A stretch of 63,926 bases of DNA, counting the filler, from Octopus bimaculoides (Eukaryota), in assembly GCF_001194135.2 (NCBI RefSeq). It is 6 parts of 6 records of this genome, joined end to end, with 100 filler letters (N's around TTAATTAATTAA, not from the genome) between each part and the next. Parts side by side here need not be neighbours in the genome. Positions count along the whole stretch, not along the records: positions 22,944 to 28,409 come from NC_069010.1; positions 28,510 to 34,289 come from NW_026325413.1; positions 34,390 to 51,522 come from NC_068981.1; 3 more parts are not named here. One strand, 5' to 3'. Shown piece by piece: positions 24,905 through 35,650 of the stretch. The translations under genes were made by a program, and so were the position numbers. Each line of letters starts with the position of its first letter. Within the stretch, counting starts at the first letter, position 1. The notes beneath the pieces were generated by a model. The model saw only the letters and a program-made list of their open reading frames with translations. It did not search any database and was not told the DNA's origin.

Positions 24905-25207
24905 TAATGTTACTTCTATCGCTCTGTTTTGCCGAACCGCTAAGTGACAGGGACGTAAACACACCAGCATCGGTTGTCAAGTGATGTTTGGGGGACAAAC
25001 GCAGACACACAAACACATACATACATATATATATATATATACATATATACGACGGGCTTCTTTCAGTTTCCGTCTACCAAATCCACTCACAAGGCTTTGG
25101 TCGGCCCGAGGCTATAGTAGAAGACACTTGCCCAAGATGCCACGCGGTGGGACTGAACCCGGGACCATGTGGTTGGTAAGCAAGCTACTTACCACACAGC
25201 CACTCTG
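24905..25207 (-). mobile_element. Composite tRNA-derived SINE family A (head, CORE-like body, internal microsatellite, second module)
   Basis: Minus strand: A-box-like TGGCTGTGTGG, B-box-like GGTTCAGTCCC, CATCTTGGGCAAGTG (CORE-like), then a TA/TG tract, then the GTCCCC...GCGGTTCGGCAAAA module. Same order at 51885-52250. Confidence 0.85.
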
Positions 25208-25304
25208 NNNNNNNNNNNNNNNNNNNNNNNNNNNNNNNNNNNNNNNNNNNNNNNNNNNNNNNNNNNNNNNNNNNNNNNNNNNNNNNNNNNNNNNNNNNNN
25301 NATA

Positions 25305-25405
25305 TATTGGAGCCTGGTGTAGCCATCCGGTTGCACCAGTCCTCAGTCAAATCGTCCAACCCATGCTAGCATGGAAAGCGGACGTTAAACGATGATGATG
25401 ATGAT
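25305..25405 (+). mobile_element. LINE/SINE 3' tail repeat ending in (GAT)n
   Basis: CCAACCCATGCTAGCATGGAAAGCGGACGTTAAACGATGATGATG; reverse-complement copy at 33826-33942. Confidence 0.7.
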
Positions 25406-25411
25406 ATATAC

Positions 25412-25567
25412 AACAGGCTCTTTCAGTTTCCGTCTACCAAATCCACTCACAAGGCTTTGGTCGGCCCGAGGCTATAGTAGAAGACACTTGCCCAAGATGC
25501 CACGCGGTGGGACTGAACCCGGGACCATGTGGTTGGTAAGCAAGCTACTTACCACACAGCCACTCTG
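25412..25567 (-). mobile_element. SINE family A copy apparently identical to 25040-25207
   Basis: No differences seen over about 150 bp from the copy across the gap at 25208-25300. Confidence 0.85.
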
Positions 25568-25673
25568 AAAAGATTATCATCATCATCATCATTGCTCAGT
25601 TAAAGACAATAAAAATATAGAGTGGATGGGGTGGATTATCTGGGAGACGGAGAGAGAGATGAAAGCACTTTAA

Positions 25674-25897
25674 CCCTTTAGCATTTAAACCGGCCATATC
25701 CGGCCAAAAGTATTCTGCCTGTTTTATGTTCAAACTGACCAGATCTAGTCTTTCACACCAAACCTACAAATAACATTTTAAAGATTAACAGCTACCTCAT
25801 CAAAATCTCATAGCTACAAGATAATGCATGATTAGTTCAAAACAATGTGGATAAAAATGTGGATTAATTATGGCAGAATAATGTGAACACTAAAGGG
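25674..25897. mobile_element. piggyBac-type MITE
   Basis: TTAA (25670-25673), CCCTTTAG ... CTAAAGGG, TTAA (25898-25901): short TIRs with TTAA target duplication. Confidence 0.85.
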
Positions 25898-25955
25898 TTA
25901 AGACAAAGAATGAGCTAGAAATAGCAGCAACAGAGAAAAAAAATTATTTACTTAC

Positions 25956-28409
25956 AACATTAGTAAAATCACAGCTTGGCGAAGGATTCGACTGGAAATT
26001 CGAATCAGGAGGCACAAAAGTAGCAGCGCTGTACTCCAATTTGCTACTGGAACCAGTTAGGTTGGTTTTGCTGCCATCTTGAGGTACACAGTGGTCAGTT
26101 ACATCACAGTTCGCAGTATTATCTACAAGGTTGCTTTGTACCATCACCCCTTCTTCTTCTTCTTCTTCTTCTTCTTCTGGTAATGTAGTCCCAGAATGGG
26201 CTGCATCGGGGGGGGCTTCCTCACCGACACTGCTAATGTTGCTCACCACAGCGGCACCGTTGGTGTTGCTCAACGTTTCGTCATGGCCACCCTTGCTGTC
26301 AATGTCGCCGTGGCCACTCTTGCCGTCATTGTCATTGCCGCTCTGAAGCTGCTGCTGCTGCTCGTGTGTGACTTCGTCCATATTCTGATCGGAACTGCCA
26401 AACGACAAGCTGTCAACAGCACCAATGTGTCTGCCACAAAGCTCGACCGATGTACCACCCTCCTGAGGATTTTTGCTGGCAGTTTCTGTTGCGCTTGTCA
26501 GAAGAAGGCTTTCTGAGGTCGGACATTCATTCTTGGATGAATCCACAGATTTTAAGTGATTCGTACCATTGCTTCCAGGTCCTTTCAAATCACCCCCAGC
26601 CCCGGATTCTTCAGATTGGCACTGGACTGTTTCAGCTTCAAATGGCATGGAATTTACCAGAGGAGACGCATATGAAGTACTGCTTGAAGATTTAGTCACA
26701 GAATTCTCGGCTGCTGTGTCGTCTGTCCTTTGTCGACGTAAGGTCGGTGTCTGCGATAAACTTGACAGGTAGACCTCGCCACTGCCATCCGATTGGGCAC
26801 CTTCGGACATTGATATGTCCCGACTGTCATCGTCTCCAGCGACCGGATCGCTCTCCATGCTCTCCGTTAAGATGTCTTTTTCGGACTCTGTCTCCGGGGG
26901 AGTGATAGATTTTGTTTCGTGAAACAGTTCTTTAGCGCTTAGAAGCAAATTGTCCGTCGTCTCTCGCTTTGGGGTGCTTGTTTGCGTCGGCTCTGTGGAT
27001 CCTCGAAGGCTCTCGAGCTCCTTTTTCAGTTTGCTGTCATTTAGGGAATTCGATGCGAACACCACAGATATGGCGTCCATGGACTTCACCTGAGAGTACG
27101 AATCCACGTTCATCTTGTCTCCGTGCTGACACAAGTTCTCGCCAACCTCGGTGAGCTGCGCTGGAGAGTCAACGATGATGTCGCCAATCTGCACAATGGA
27201 AGAGTCACCCATGAACTCAGCAGAGTTGCTGGTAACCCGTTGAAAGTTATCCACAGCATTGACCTGTACGTCTGACCCCAGAAGGTCATCGTCATCACCA
27301 TCATAATCACCATCATCATCATTATGATCGCTTGTATTTCTATCATACCCTGAGCTGCCTGACAGGCCCTGCGTTCCACTCAGTTCAGAGTCCTGTTGTT
27401 TGCCTCCACTGTGGACTTCATCGAAGGTGACCCATATGTCCCCAGCCCCCGCTGCAGCATCAGCAGCGGTGCTAAGGCTGTCTAATTTTGACGCCGACAC
27501 ATACGAGGCCTCCTGTCGACCCAACTCGCATCCCTGCCCCTCCACCTTCTCATCCTCATCTTTGGTTTTATTTTCACTATGAGACTCTTCACCAACAACT
27601 CCATGGCAACTGTGGCTGCTACTGGAAACCATCTCTTTCTCCTCCTCCTCCTCCTCCTCCTCATGGTTCTTATCTAGAAAGGATTCTGCAGCTTCCTCCA
27701 CACAAGACGAAACTAATAATGTCGGCTCCAAACCTTTGGCTTCATCCCCTCTATTTGTGCATTTCTGATTGACGCCAGCGCCACTGTGCAGCATTGCAAG
27801 TATCGCAGCCGTATCAGATTCCACCACAGCGTCGCCAGGACCGTCACTTTGGAGCAAGTGTCCGCTAGACAAATGCTGTCCATAAGCAACATCCGTAGGA
27901 TTCCGATCTGTGATTTTGCTGCCGCCTGCAACGCCGATATTACCAATGTCATCGTTGTCAGGCAAGGTATCTTCGAGATCATAGTGTTTGCCAGGCAGCT
28001 GGTAACATAAGGCTGTGTCGTCGACAGTTGCCGCTATGCAGGTGTCGACATGTTGTCCAGGGGAAACATCTCTTCGACCATTCAGCTGTCGGATTTCCTT
28101 GGATTTCAATTTGGAACTCTGATATGAAGAAGTTGTCAGAGAGTTGGATGCTTTTATTAAGATTTCTTTGTAGTTATGGAGTGAAGTAACACTGTCTTCG
28201 CCTTCTTCATTGTTATGTTTGTCGTGCACGAGAGTTTCCTGGTTCAAATCACCCTCATTACTGGCCTGGAGGTCATCGTGCTGGGACAAGCCCTCATCTG
28301 TCGAATCCTTTCTTGGAAGTCTTTTCTTCTTCTTCTTGTCCCACAACCACAGCAAACCAAAGATTGCAGTTAGGGTAGGGACGCTGATTACTGCTAGAAC
28401 GAAGCGGAA
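25956..28409 (-). CDS. Large coding exon (>=818 codons, 5' end in gap); probable AKAP1/spoonbill-like mitochondrial A-kinase anchoring protein
   Basis: The frame is open from the gap edge: FRFVLAVISVPTLTAIFGLLWLWDKKKKKR (signal-anchor plus basic cluster), then a D/E/S-rich disordered region ending SPSCDFTNV at a phase-0 GTAAGT donor (25950-25955). GC and complexity are far above the flanks. The AKAP1 call is architectural inference; KH and Tudor exons were not found in the window. Confidence 0.6.
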
Positions 28410-28834
28410 NNNNNNNNNNNNNNNNNNNNNNNNNNNNNNNNNNNNNNNNNNNNTTAATTAATTAANNNNNNNNNNNNNNNNNNNNNNNNNNNNNNNNNNN
28501 NNNNNNNNNGCAGAAACTCAGTCCAAGCTGAGACATCGTCGGACCAAAGTTATAGTTTAGATAAATTTATGACCGACTTATTTCCTAGTGTGGTGGGTTT
28601 TCTCAGGCAAGTGGTTTCCAGAGTCTTACTCTCATTAGATTCCTGACTACTTTTTGAGCTTTGCTCGAAATCTTCACTTAAAACGCGGAACCTATTGGGT
28701 GATAAAGTTTGTTCTGAATGTTCATGTGAGAAGTTATAATTTTTAGTCGTCTTTCTAGGGGTAATCCATTTCTGGGTGGGTGATAGAAAGTGAGTGACTT
28801 CTGTGGTTCTTGTAGACATTTGAAAAAAACCTTT

Positions 28835-29300
28835 ACTTTTGGTAAGGGAACAAATTTATTGTTTTCGAGGCAAAATCTTAAATGTCCTCGCAGTTTTGAC
28901 TGATCAAATAAAAACTTCTCTGGAGCGTTTCCAATGACCAGTTCAAATACATACTCCAGGGCAAAAAGGCCACAATCATATGCGCCAACTTGGAGATTAG
29001 TTATGCGAACTTGTTGAACTGCAGGAATTATGTTTATTTGTGTATGTATAACATTGTTATTTGTGTTATTAGTTTCCTCTGAAACTGGTAAGTTCAAACT
29101 GTCAAATATAAACATCTCCGAAAAAATTGGTTGACAAAACAAAATGATCGTTCCTGGTGTGAAGAATGAACAGTGTGCGGTGTGGACTATATGTTAGAAA
29201 TTCCGTGTGAGAGAAAATGGTCGATTGTATTGGAATTTCAGGAAAATTTTCCGCTACGATTTTCAACCCGGCGACAATAAGTTTATCACAAAACATTTGT
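28835..29300 (-). pseudogene. Ulp1/SENP-like (peptidase C48) domain with one frameshift
   Basis: FCDKLI...FILHTRNDHFVLST...VYI/FDSL...QVGAYDCGLFA (Cys codon 28972-28974)...FDQSKLRGHLRFCLE: His, Asp, Gln and Cys in C48 order. Confidence 0.8.
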
Positions 29301-30111
29301 CCCGAAAGTAAAAACGACTTCTTATATCTCAAAGCAAATGTTCTCAACCAAGATGTTCCCTTGTTCACTGGCTCAGAGGAACGGGAAATCAGTTTTTTTC
29401 AGCTTCTTTTCTTTCTTTTTTGTCTTAAGGGTCGAAATTTCCATTTTTTCCAAAGTTCATCAAACAGTTACACAAATATTTCAAACGATTTTTAGAAGAA
29501 CATACCCTTTCAAGGACACTCAAAAATCCCCTTAATGTCTGCATCAAGCAATATTAATTTTGAACGATAGCGTTCAATAATAGCATCCATTGCTCTCACC
29601 AATAAATTTAAACTTTTGAAGCAATGAATTGTCAGGCTTTGATGTACCCATTGATATATCTGATGTTAGACCGTCCGGTATACCTTTTTCTTGTTTGTAT
29701 GTTTCCAGAAATGATAAATGGCTTTTGATTTTAGCACGAAAACGATTACGTTTTTTAAATGATAGACATGTCATTTTCTCAATTTTTGATTTGTATTTGA
29801 ATGATATTTGAATGGTACAAAATCCGTTGGCCCAGGATTGCGCTCAACACTGGGGTCTAGCGAAAGTAACAGGGTTGACAAACCAACTGTAAGAAGGAAT
29901 AAAACGCAAAAGCTATAATTTTCCTTAGACACTCGGCTGCTTTGGTAACTTCCAGAATTCCTATATGTTCCAATTCTTATTCTGTGTACCATAAAAATCA
30001 ATCATCTCAATTTACTTGATTAAGATATTTTAAAAGGATTGACGCAACTTTTCACAAAGGTAGACAGCCAAGACGAAGAGCGCGATTCGGTTGTAAATAA
30101 ATATTTTATTG

Positions 30112-30156
30112 TTTGAACGATATTTCGACAGTAAGTCTGTCTTTGTCGAGTACAAA
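30112..30156 (-). ncRNA. Minimal type I hammerhead-like fold upstream of the PLE ORF
   Basis: Minus strand: tttgtac-TCGACAA-a-gacag actta ctgtc-GAAA-TA-TC-gttcaaa. Stem II is a perfect 5 bp; stem I is 6/7; ATAT is palindromic. Confidence 0.5.
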
Positions 30157-30891
30157 ATAAGACGTGATAACAATTTCANNNNNNNNNNNNNNNNNNNNNN
30201 NNNNNNNNNNNNNNNNNNNNNNNNNNNNNNNNNNNNNNNNNNNNNNNNNNNNNNNNNNNNNNNNNNNNNNNNNNNNNNNNNNNNNNNNNNNNNNNNNNNN
30301 NNNNNNNNNNNNNNNNNNNNNNNNNNNNNNNNNNNNNNNNNNNNNNNNNNNNNNNNNNNNNNNNNNNNNNNNNNNNNNNNNNNNNNNNNNNNNNNNNNNN
30401 NNNNNNNNNNNNNNNNNNNNNNNNNNNNNNNNNNNNNNNNNNNNNNNNNNNNNNNNNNNNNNNNNNNNNNNNNNNNNNNNNNNNNNNNNNNNNNNNNNNN
30501 NNNNNNNNNNNNNNNNNNNNNNNNNNNNNNNNNNNNNNNNNNNNNNNNNNNNNNNNNNNNNNNNNNNNNNNNNNNNNNNNNNNNNNNNNNNNNNNNNNNN
30601 NNNNNNNNNNNNNNNNNNNNNNNNNNNNNNNNNNNNNNNNNNNNNNNNNNNNNNNNNNNNNNNNNNNNNNNNNNNNNNNNNNNNNNNNNNNNNNNNNNNN
30701 NNNNNNNNNNNNNNNNNNNNNNNNNNNNNNNNNNNNNNNNNNNNNNNNNNNNNNNNNNNNNNNNNNNNNNNNNNNNNNNNNNNNNNNNNNNNNNNNNNNN
30801 NNNNNNNNNNNNNNNNNNNNNNNNNNNNNNNNNNNNNNNNNNNNNNNNNNNNNNNNNNNNNNNNNNNNNNNNNNNNNNNNNNNNNNNNNNN

Positions 30892-30949
<58 letters not shown>

Positions 30950-31100
30950 CCTTTCTACTATAGGCACAAGGCCTAAAATTAGGAGGGAGGGGGCTAGTTA
31001 ATTACATCGACCCCCCCAGTGTTTAACTGAGACTTATTTTATTGACTCCGATAGGATGAAAGGCCAAGTTGATCTCAGTGGAATTTGAACACAGAACTTT
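30950..31100 (-). mobile_element. SINE family B, 3' part
   Basis: CTTTCTACTATAGGCACAAGGCCT...GGATGAAAGGCCAAGTTGATCTC...ATTTGAAC; reverse complement of the 1790 copy. Confidence 0.75.
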
Positions 31101-31174
31101 AAAATTACTGTCACACCCAGAGCATCAAAGGTGTCTGCTCTAAGTTTCTTTCCTCGTCCTTAGAAAAGCATACT

Positions 31175-31227
<53 letters not shown>

Positions 31228-31494
31228 CATAATCAGAACATTCTAGTGCATTGTTACTGACAGCATCCAGAGATCACCACGGAATGGGTGTTGATAGCAG
31301 ATGGATTTCTGGACTAGTGGAACCTATAGCTCCAACGAGAAGCAGAAAACCATTTGCTCCAGTCTGGCCTGACGTTTTCTAGGACAAGGCACGATAGTCA
31401 GGCAGTTGTACAAGGTAAGTAGACATTAACCAACTTTTAAAGACAATTTCCTTTCGATCTATTTCTGGGTGACAACGACCACCCTGCTTACAAT

Positions 31495-31740
31495 CTATTT
31501 CTTATTTCTTTATTGCCCACAAGGGGCTAAACATAGAGTGGACAAACAAGGACAGACAGAGGAATTAAGTCGATTACATCGACCCCAGTGCGTAACTGGT
31601 CCTTAATTTATCGACCCCGAAAGGATGAAAGGCAAAGTCAACCTCGGCAAAATTTGAACTCAGAACGTAACGGCAGACGAAATACCACTAGGCATTTCGC
31701 CCAGTGTGATAACGTTTCTGCCAGCTTGCCCCCTTAGCCA
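31495..31740 (-). mobile_element. SINE family B variant, near full length
   Basis: ATCGACCCCGAAAGGATGAAAGGCAAAGTCAACCTCGGC...ATTTGAACTCAGAACGT...AACGTTTCTGCCAGCTTGCC. Confidence 0.8.
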
Positions 31741-32859
31741 GCTCGCCCCCTTACAATCTATTTCTTATTTCTTTANNNNNNNNNNNNNNNNNNNNNNNNN
31801 NNNNNNNNNNNNNNNNNNNNNNNNNNNNNNNNNNNNNNNNNNNNNNNNNNNNNNNNNNNNNNNNNNNNNNNNNNNNNNNNNNNNNNNNNNNNNNNNNNNN
31901 NNNNNNNNNNNNNNNNNNNNNNNNNNNNNNNNNNNNNNNNNNNNNNNNNNNNNNNNNNNNNNNNNNNNNNNNNNNNNNNNNNNNNNNNNNNNNNNNNNNN
32001 NNNNNNNNNNNNNNNNNNNNNNNNNNNNNNNNNNNNNNNNNNNNNNNNNNNNNNNNNNNNNNNNNNNNNNNNNNNNNNNNNNNNNNNNNNNNNNNNNNNN
32101 NNNNNNNNNNNNNNNNNNNNNNNNNNNNNNNNNNNNNNNNNNNNNNNNNNNNNNNNNNNNNNNNNNNNNNNNNNNNNNNNNNNNNNNNNNNNNNNNNNNN
32201 NNNNNNNNNNNNNNNNNNNNNNNNNNNNNNNNNNNNNNNNNNNNNNNNNNNNNNNNNNNNNNNNNNNNNNNNNNNNNNNNNNNNNNNNNNNNNNNNNNNN
32301 NNNNNNNNNNNNCACTCACCCTTTTGAGTATCGGCTAATATATATGCCATGTTCAATACTCAAATCCAACAATATTGAATTGTCGTGAAACCTTATAGTT
32401 AGAATGAGAAATTAGTTGATATAAAATTTAAGTCGTAATTCTCTACGACGAAATGATTTGGTTTCTAAATTTCTATAAATGTAAAAAAAAATGTATATAA
32501 TAAATTAATGTAGAAACTTAATTCCTTTTACTTCTCGTTTCTTTCAATTTGTTGAATTTATTTCTGTATATTAATGAAACTGTATTTTTTTTATGTGTAA
32601 CGGTCAAAAAAATATAATCTATATCTTCAACATACATGTACGTATGAACGCACGTTCAGCGTCTTGGCATGATACATCATAACATTTACGCAGCCTAAAC
32701 TAAGAGTTTTGCTTAGTGATAAATACTTATAATTAAGTTATAAGTAACGAGATTATCATTATAGCTTTTAATTAATAAACAATAATATTTGTTATAACTT
32801 ATGAATGAAAACATTGTAAATAAAGATACAGTATATCGACCTGTTGTAATAACCAACCA

Positions 32860-32962
32860 CATAAAAAAAGATAAAGTTGACCTCAGCAGAGTTTGAACCC
32901 AGAATGGACAGACACAAAATACTGCCGAACATTATGTCCAGCATGCTAGTAATTCTGCCTGC
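32860..32962 (-). mobile_element. SINE family B, diverged partial
   Basis: AAAGTTGACCTCAGCAGAGTTTGAACCCAGAA...AATTCTGCCTGCTTGCC. Confidence 0.55.
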
Positions 32963-32974
32963 TTGCCAACTTAG

Positions 32975-34080
32975 AGGGATATTTCAATAATGATGTTAAA
33001 ATATCTACCAAAAATTGGTATTTTCTCCAAGTCAGATTGCCTCAATGAACTTGACAAATCTTGACAGAAAATAGTTCCAAACATGACATTCCTCAATAAA
33101 AGACAGATTTATATATAAAAAGTGCTTTCTGTAATTAAAGGTAATGAAATTTTGAGAAAATTTCCAAAAATGTGAAAGGAATTATAACAGAAAACTAAAA
33201 CTACCTAGAGACTCCCTCATTGGTTTGCATAGGTAACAGTTAAATACTAGAGTCGATTTAATGCTTTAATTGCAAAATTAAATTTCATGGTTATTTCAAT
33301 AATGACGCTAAATATCTACCAAAAAACAGAATTGGTGTTTTCTGCAAGTCATGTTTCCTCAACAGAAAATAGTTTTAAACAAAACATTCCCCAACAAAAG
33401 ATAGATTTGAATATAAAAACTGCTTACTGCAGTTAAAGGTGATGAAATTTTGAGTGGATTTATCTGATTTCCACAGTAAAAGGGTTAATATTCCTATAAA
33501 ACATCCTGGATGTAATTGGAATTATAATAAACAAGACTACTTAGAGGCTCCCTCATTGGTTTGCACAAGTAACAGTTAAGTACTGGGGTTGACTTAATAT
33601 CCCTATATAAACATCTCAGATATGAAAGTAATTATAATAGATGACTAAAACTACTTAGAGGCTCCTTCGTTGGTTTGTACAAGAAGCAGTTAAGTACTGA
33701 GGTTAATTTAATCCTTTAAATGTGAAATTAAATTCTGTGGTTATTCCAATAATGATGTTTAAAATATCTACCAAAAATTAGAATTGGTATTTTCTGCAAG
33801 TTGTGTTGCTTCAATAAACTTGACATATCATCATCATCATCATCATCATCATCGTTTAACGTCCGCTTTCCATGCTAGCATGGGTTGGAGGATTTGACTG
33901 AGGGCTGGCAAGCCAGAAGGCTGCACCAGGCTCCAATCTGAAAATCTCAACAGAAAATAGTTCCAAACATGCCGTTCCTCAACAAAGGATAGATTTCTAT
34001 ACGAAATTGCTTTCCACGGTTAAGTGTAATGAAAATTTGAGTAGATATCTCTGATTTGTGCAGTGAAAGTGTTAACCAAA
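32975..34080 (+). repeat. Degenerate tandem array of ~320-450 bp units, third unit interrupted
   Basis: TT(T/C)CAATAATGA.G.TAAAATATCTACCAAAAA...ACAGAAAATAGTT.AAAC...GATGAAA.TTTGAG at about 32975, 33295 and 33745. Second module AATTATAA...ACTAC.TAGAG.CTCC.TC.TTGGTTTG at about 33180, 33520 and 33630. Confidence 0.8.
33826..33942 (-). mobile_element. (GAT)n-tailed retroposon tail inserted in the tandem array
   Basis: (CAT)nCGTTTAACGTCCGCTTTCCATGCTAGCATGGGTTGG...CACCAGGCTCCAAT, matching 25305-25405. Confidence 0.75.
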
Positions 34081-34389
34081 CCCTTAGACCAGTGACTGAA
34101 ATTGCTTTTGGTTGGCATGGATTTCTCTCCCCAAGGTGCTGAGTTGCAAGACCCTCAATTTCAGTTCCAATAGACCTGAGAGACCCCCTTCGGTCATGAC
34201 TGACCATGGGATTGCACCTGTGGGGTAAGTAGAATAATAAGTACTAGGCTTACAAAGAATAATTCCTGGGGTCGATTTTCTCAACTAAANNNNNNNNNNN
34301 NNNNNNNNNNNNNNNNNNNNNNNNNNNNNNNNNTTAATTAATTAANNNNNNNNNNNNNNNNNNNNNNNNNNNNNNNNNNNNNNNNNNNN

Positions 34390-34470
<81 letters not shown>

Positions 34471-35364
34471 TGTAGATAAATATAGACACAACACGCTATC
34501 TTTTGATGCGTCGTTAATCTGTGAATTAAATCCGATGATGAGGTATTTAAGATAGCCAGAATTCGGTTAATTAAAGGAAAAACGTTGTAAAAATGAAACA
34601 AGTTTACACATACAACATAAATCAATTTTAGTCACAATACAATACAGATATGAGGAGTAGGAATAGGAGAAACAAGAAGAACAAGTGCAACAGATACAAG
34701 AACATCATCATTATCAACAACAGCAATAGTAGCAGCAACAACAACAAAAAAATAGCACTAAGAGGAGCAACAATGACTATGAAGTAAGTAACAATAACTA
34801 AAAGTAAAATGAAGCTATGGGACTTTTCAATATGAGAGAACATTTTAAGAGAGTCATTGTTACATATTACTTTGCAATCTGTGTAGGAAAAATATGTTTC
34901 GTACCATTGTTATGCATGAGGACAAATGAAGTAACAAATCAATCATCAATGCAGCAAAAATTAAATATAACAATGACTCACACTCACACACACACACGTA
35001 TGTGTGTGTGTGTATACACATACACACATAAATGTGTGTATGTGTTTGAAGGTGTGTTTATATGCATTATATTGATGAACGGTTGTAGAGCATTAATAGC
35101 TTAATTCCATCAGCCCTTACCCCCAAGCTATTCCAAACTATAAAAATATACTTCATCAAACGAAAACACATCTGGATTTTCGATCGACCATTTTGGTTGA
35201 AGGTATGCAACGACAAACAACATGGCTAAACGCTCATAAATTCCTGATTAGTCGAAAGAGAATGATCCTTTATGCTCAGAGGCTGAAATAATATATACGT
35301 TGCTTTATTAGGCAAATCGTTCTACATAACTGTCATTCAGAAAGTTAGTCGATGCAAGTGTGAA

Positions 35365-35650
35365 GGCTTAGGCTTAGGATATTTGGCTCACGATCGTAAG
35401 GTTGTGAGTTGTGTCCTTCAGAAAGACACTTTATTTCACGTTTCTCCAGCCCAGTCAGTTGCCAAACATGAATTGTACCTGCAATTCAAAGGAACAATCT
35501 TGTCGCATTCTGTGTCACGCTGAATCTCCTGAGAACTACGTTAAGGGTACATGTGTCTGTGGAGTGCTCAGCCACGTTAATTTTACCAGCTGCCTGTTCC
35601 GTTGATCTGATCAACTGGAACAATCCTCGTTGTAACCAATGGAGAGCCGG
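35365..35650 (+). mobile_element. tRNA-derived SINE family C (partial reverse copies at about 35790-35880 and 57830-57910)
   Basis: GGCTCACGATCGTAAGGTTGTGAGTT head remnant and GTGTCCTT..GAAAGACACTTTATTTCACGT core; GCAACGTGA.ATGA...AACACAAC on the opposite strand at the other sites. Confidence 0.6.

Larger units (their letters stand above)
28510..30178 (-). mobile_element. Penelope-like retroelement, 5' part, decayed ORF: 2A-like peptide, PLE N-terminal domain, Ulp1/C48 protease, RT start
   Basis: Frameshifted minus-strand pieces in order: RIRIGTY...LLLSLDPSVERNPGP; SHLSFLETYKQEKGIPDGL...SLNLLVRAMDAII...KKKEKKL; protease; SPNRFRVL; KSVINLSKL*LWSDDV / SQLGLSFC, matching the PLE VINLS..LS..E..LL..GL.F pattern. 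Truncated by gaps on both sides. Confidence 0.7.

Noticed and set aside
25040-25567. Two identical SINEs as a tandem insertion
   Set aside because: They flank a short gap and show no differences; may be a misjoined overlap.
1-25940. Downstream KH/Tudor exons of the AKAP1-like gene
   Set aside because: Manual translation of non-repetitive patches found no GxxG KH loop or Tudor motif; they may lie in gaps or outside the window.
26131-28461. Short ORFs overlapping the large exon on either strand
   Set aside because: Shadow frames of a GC-richer coding exon.
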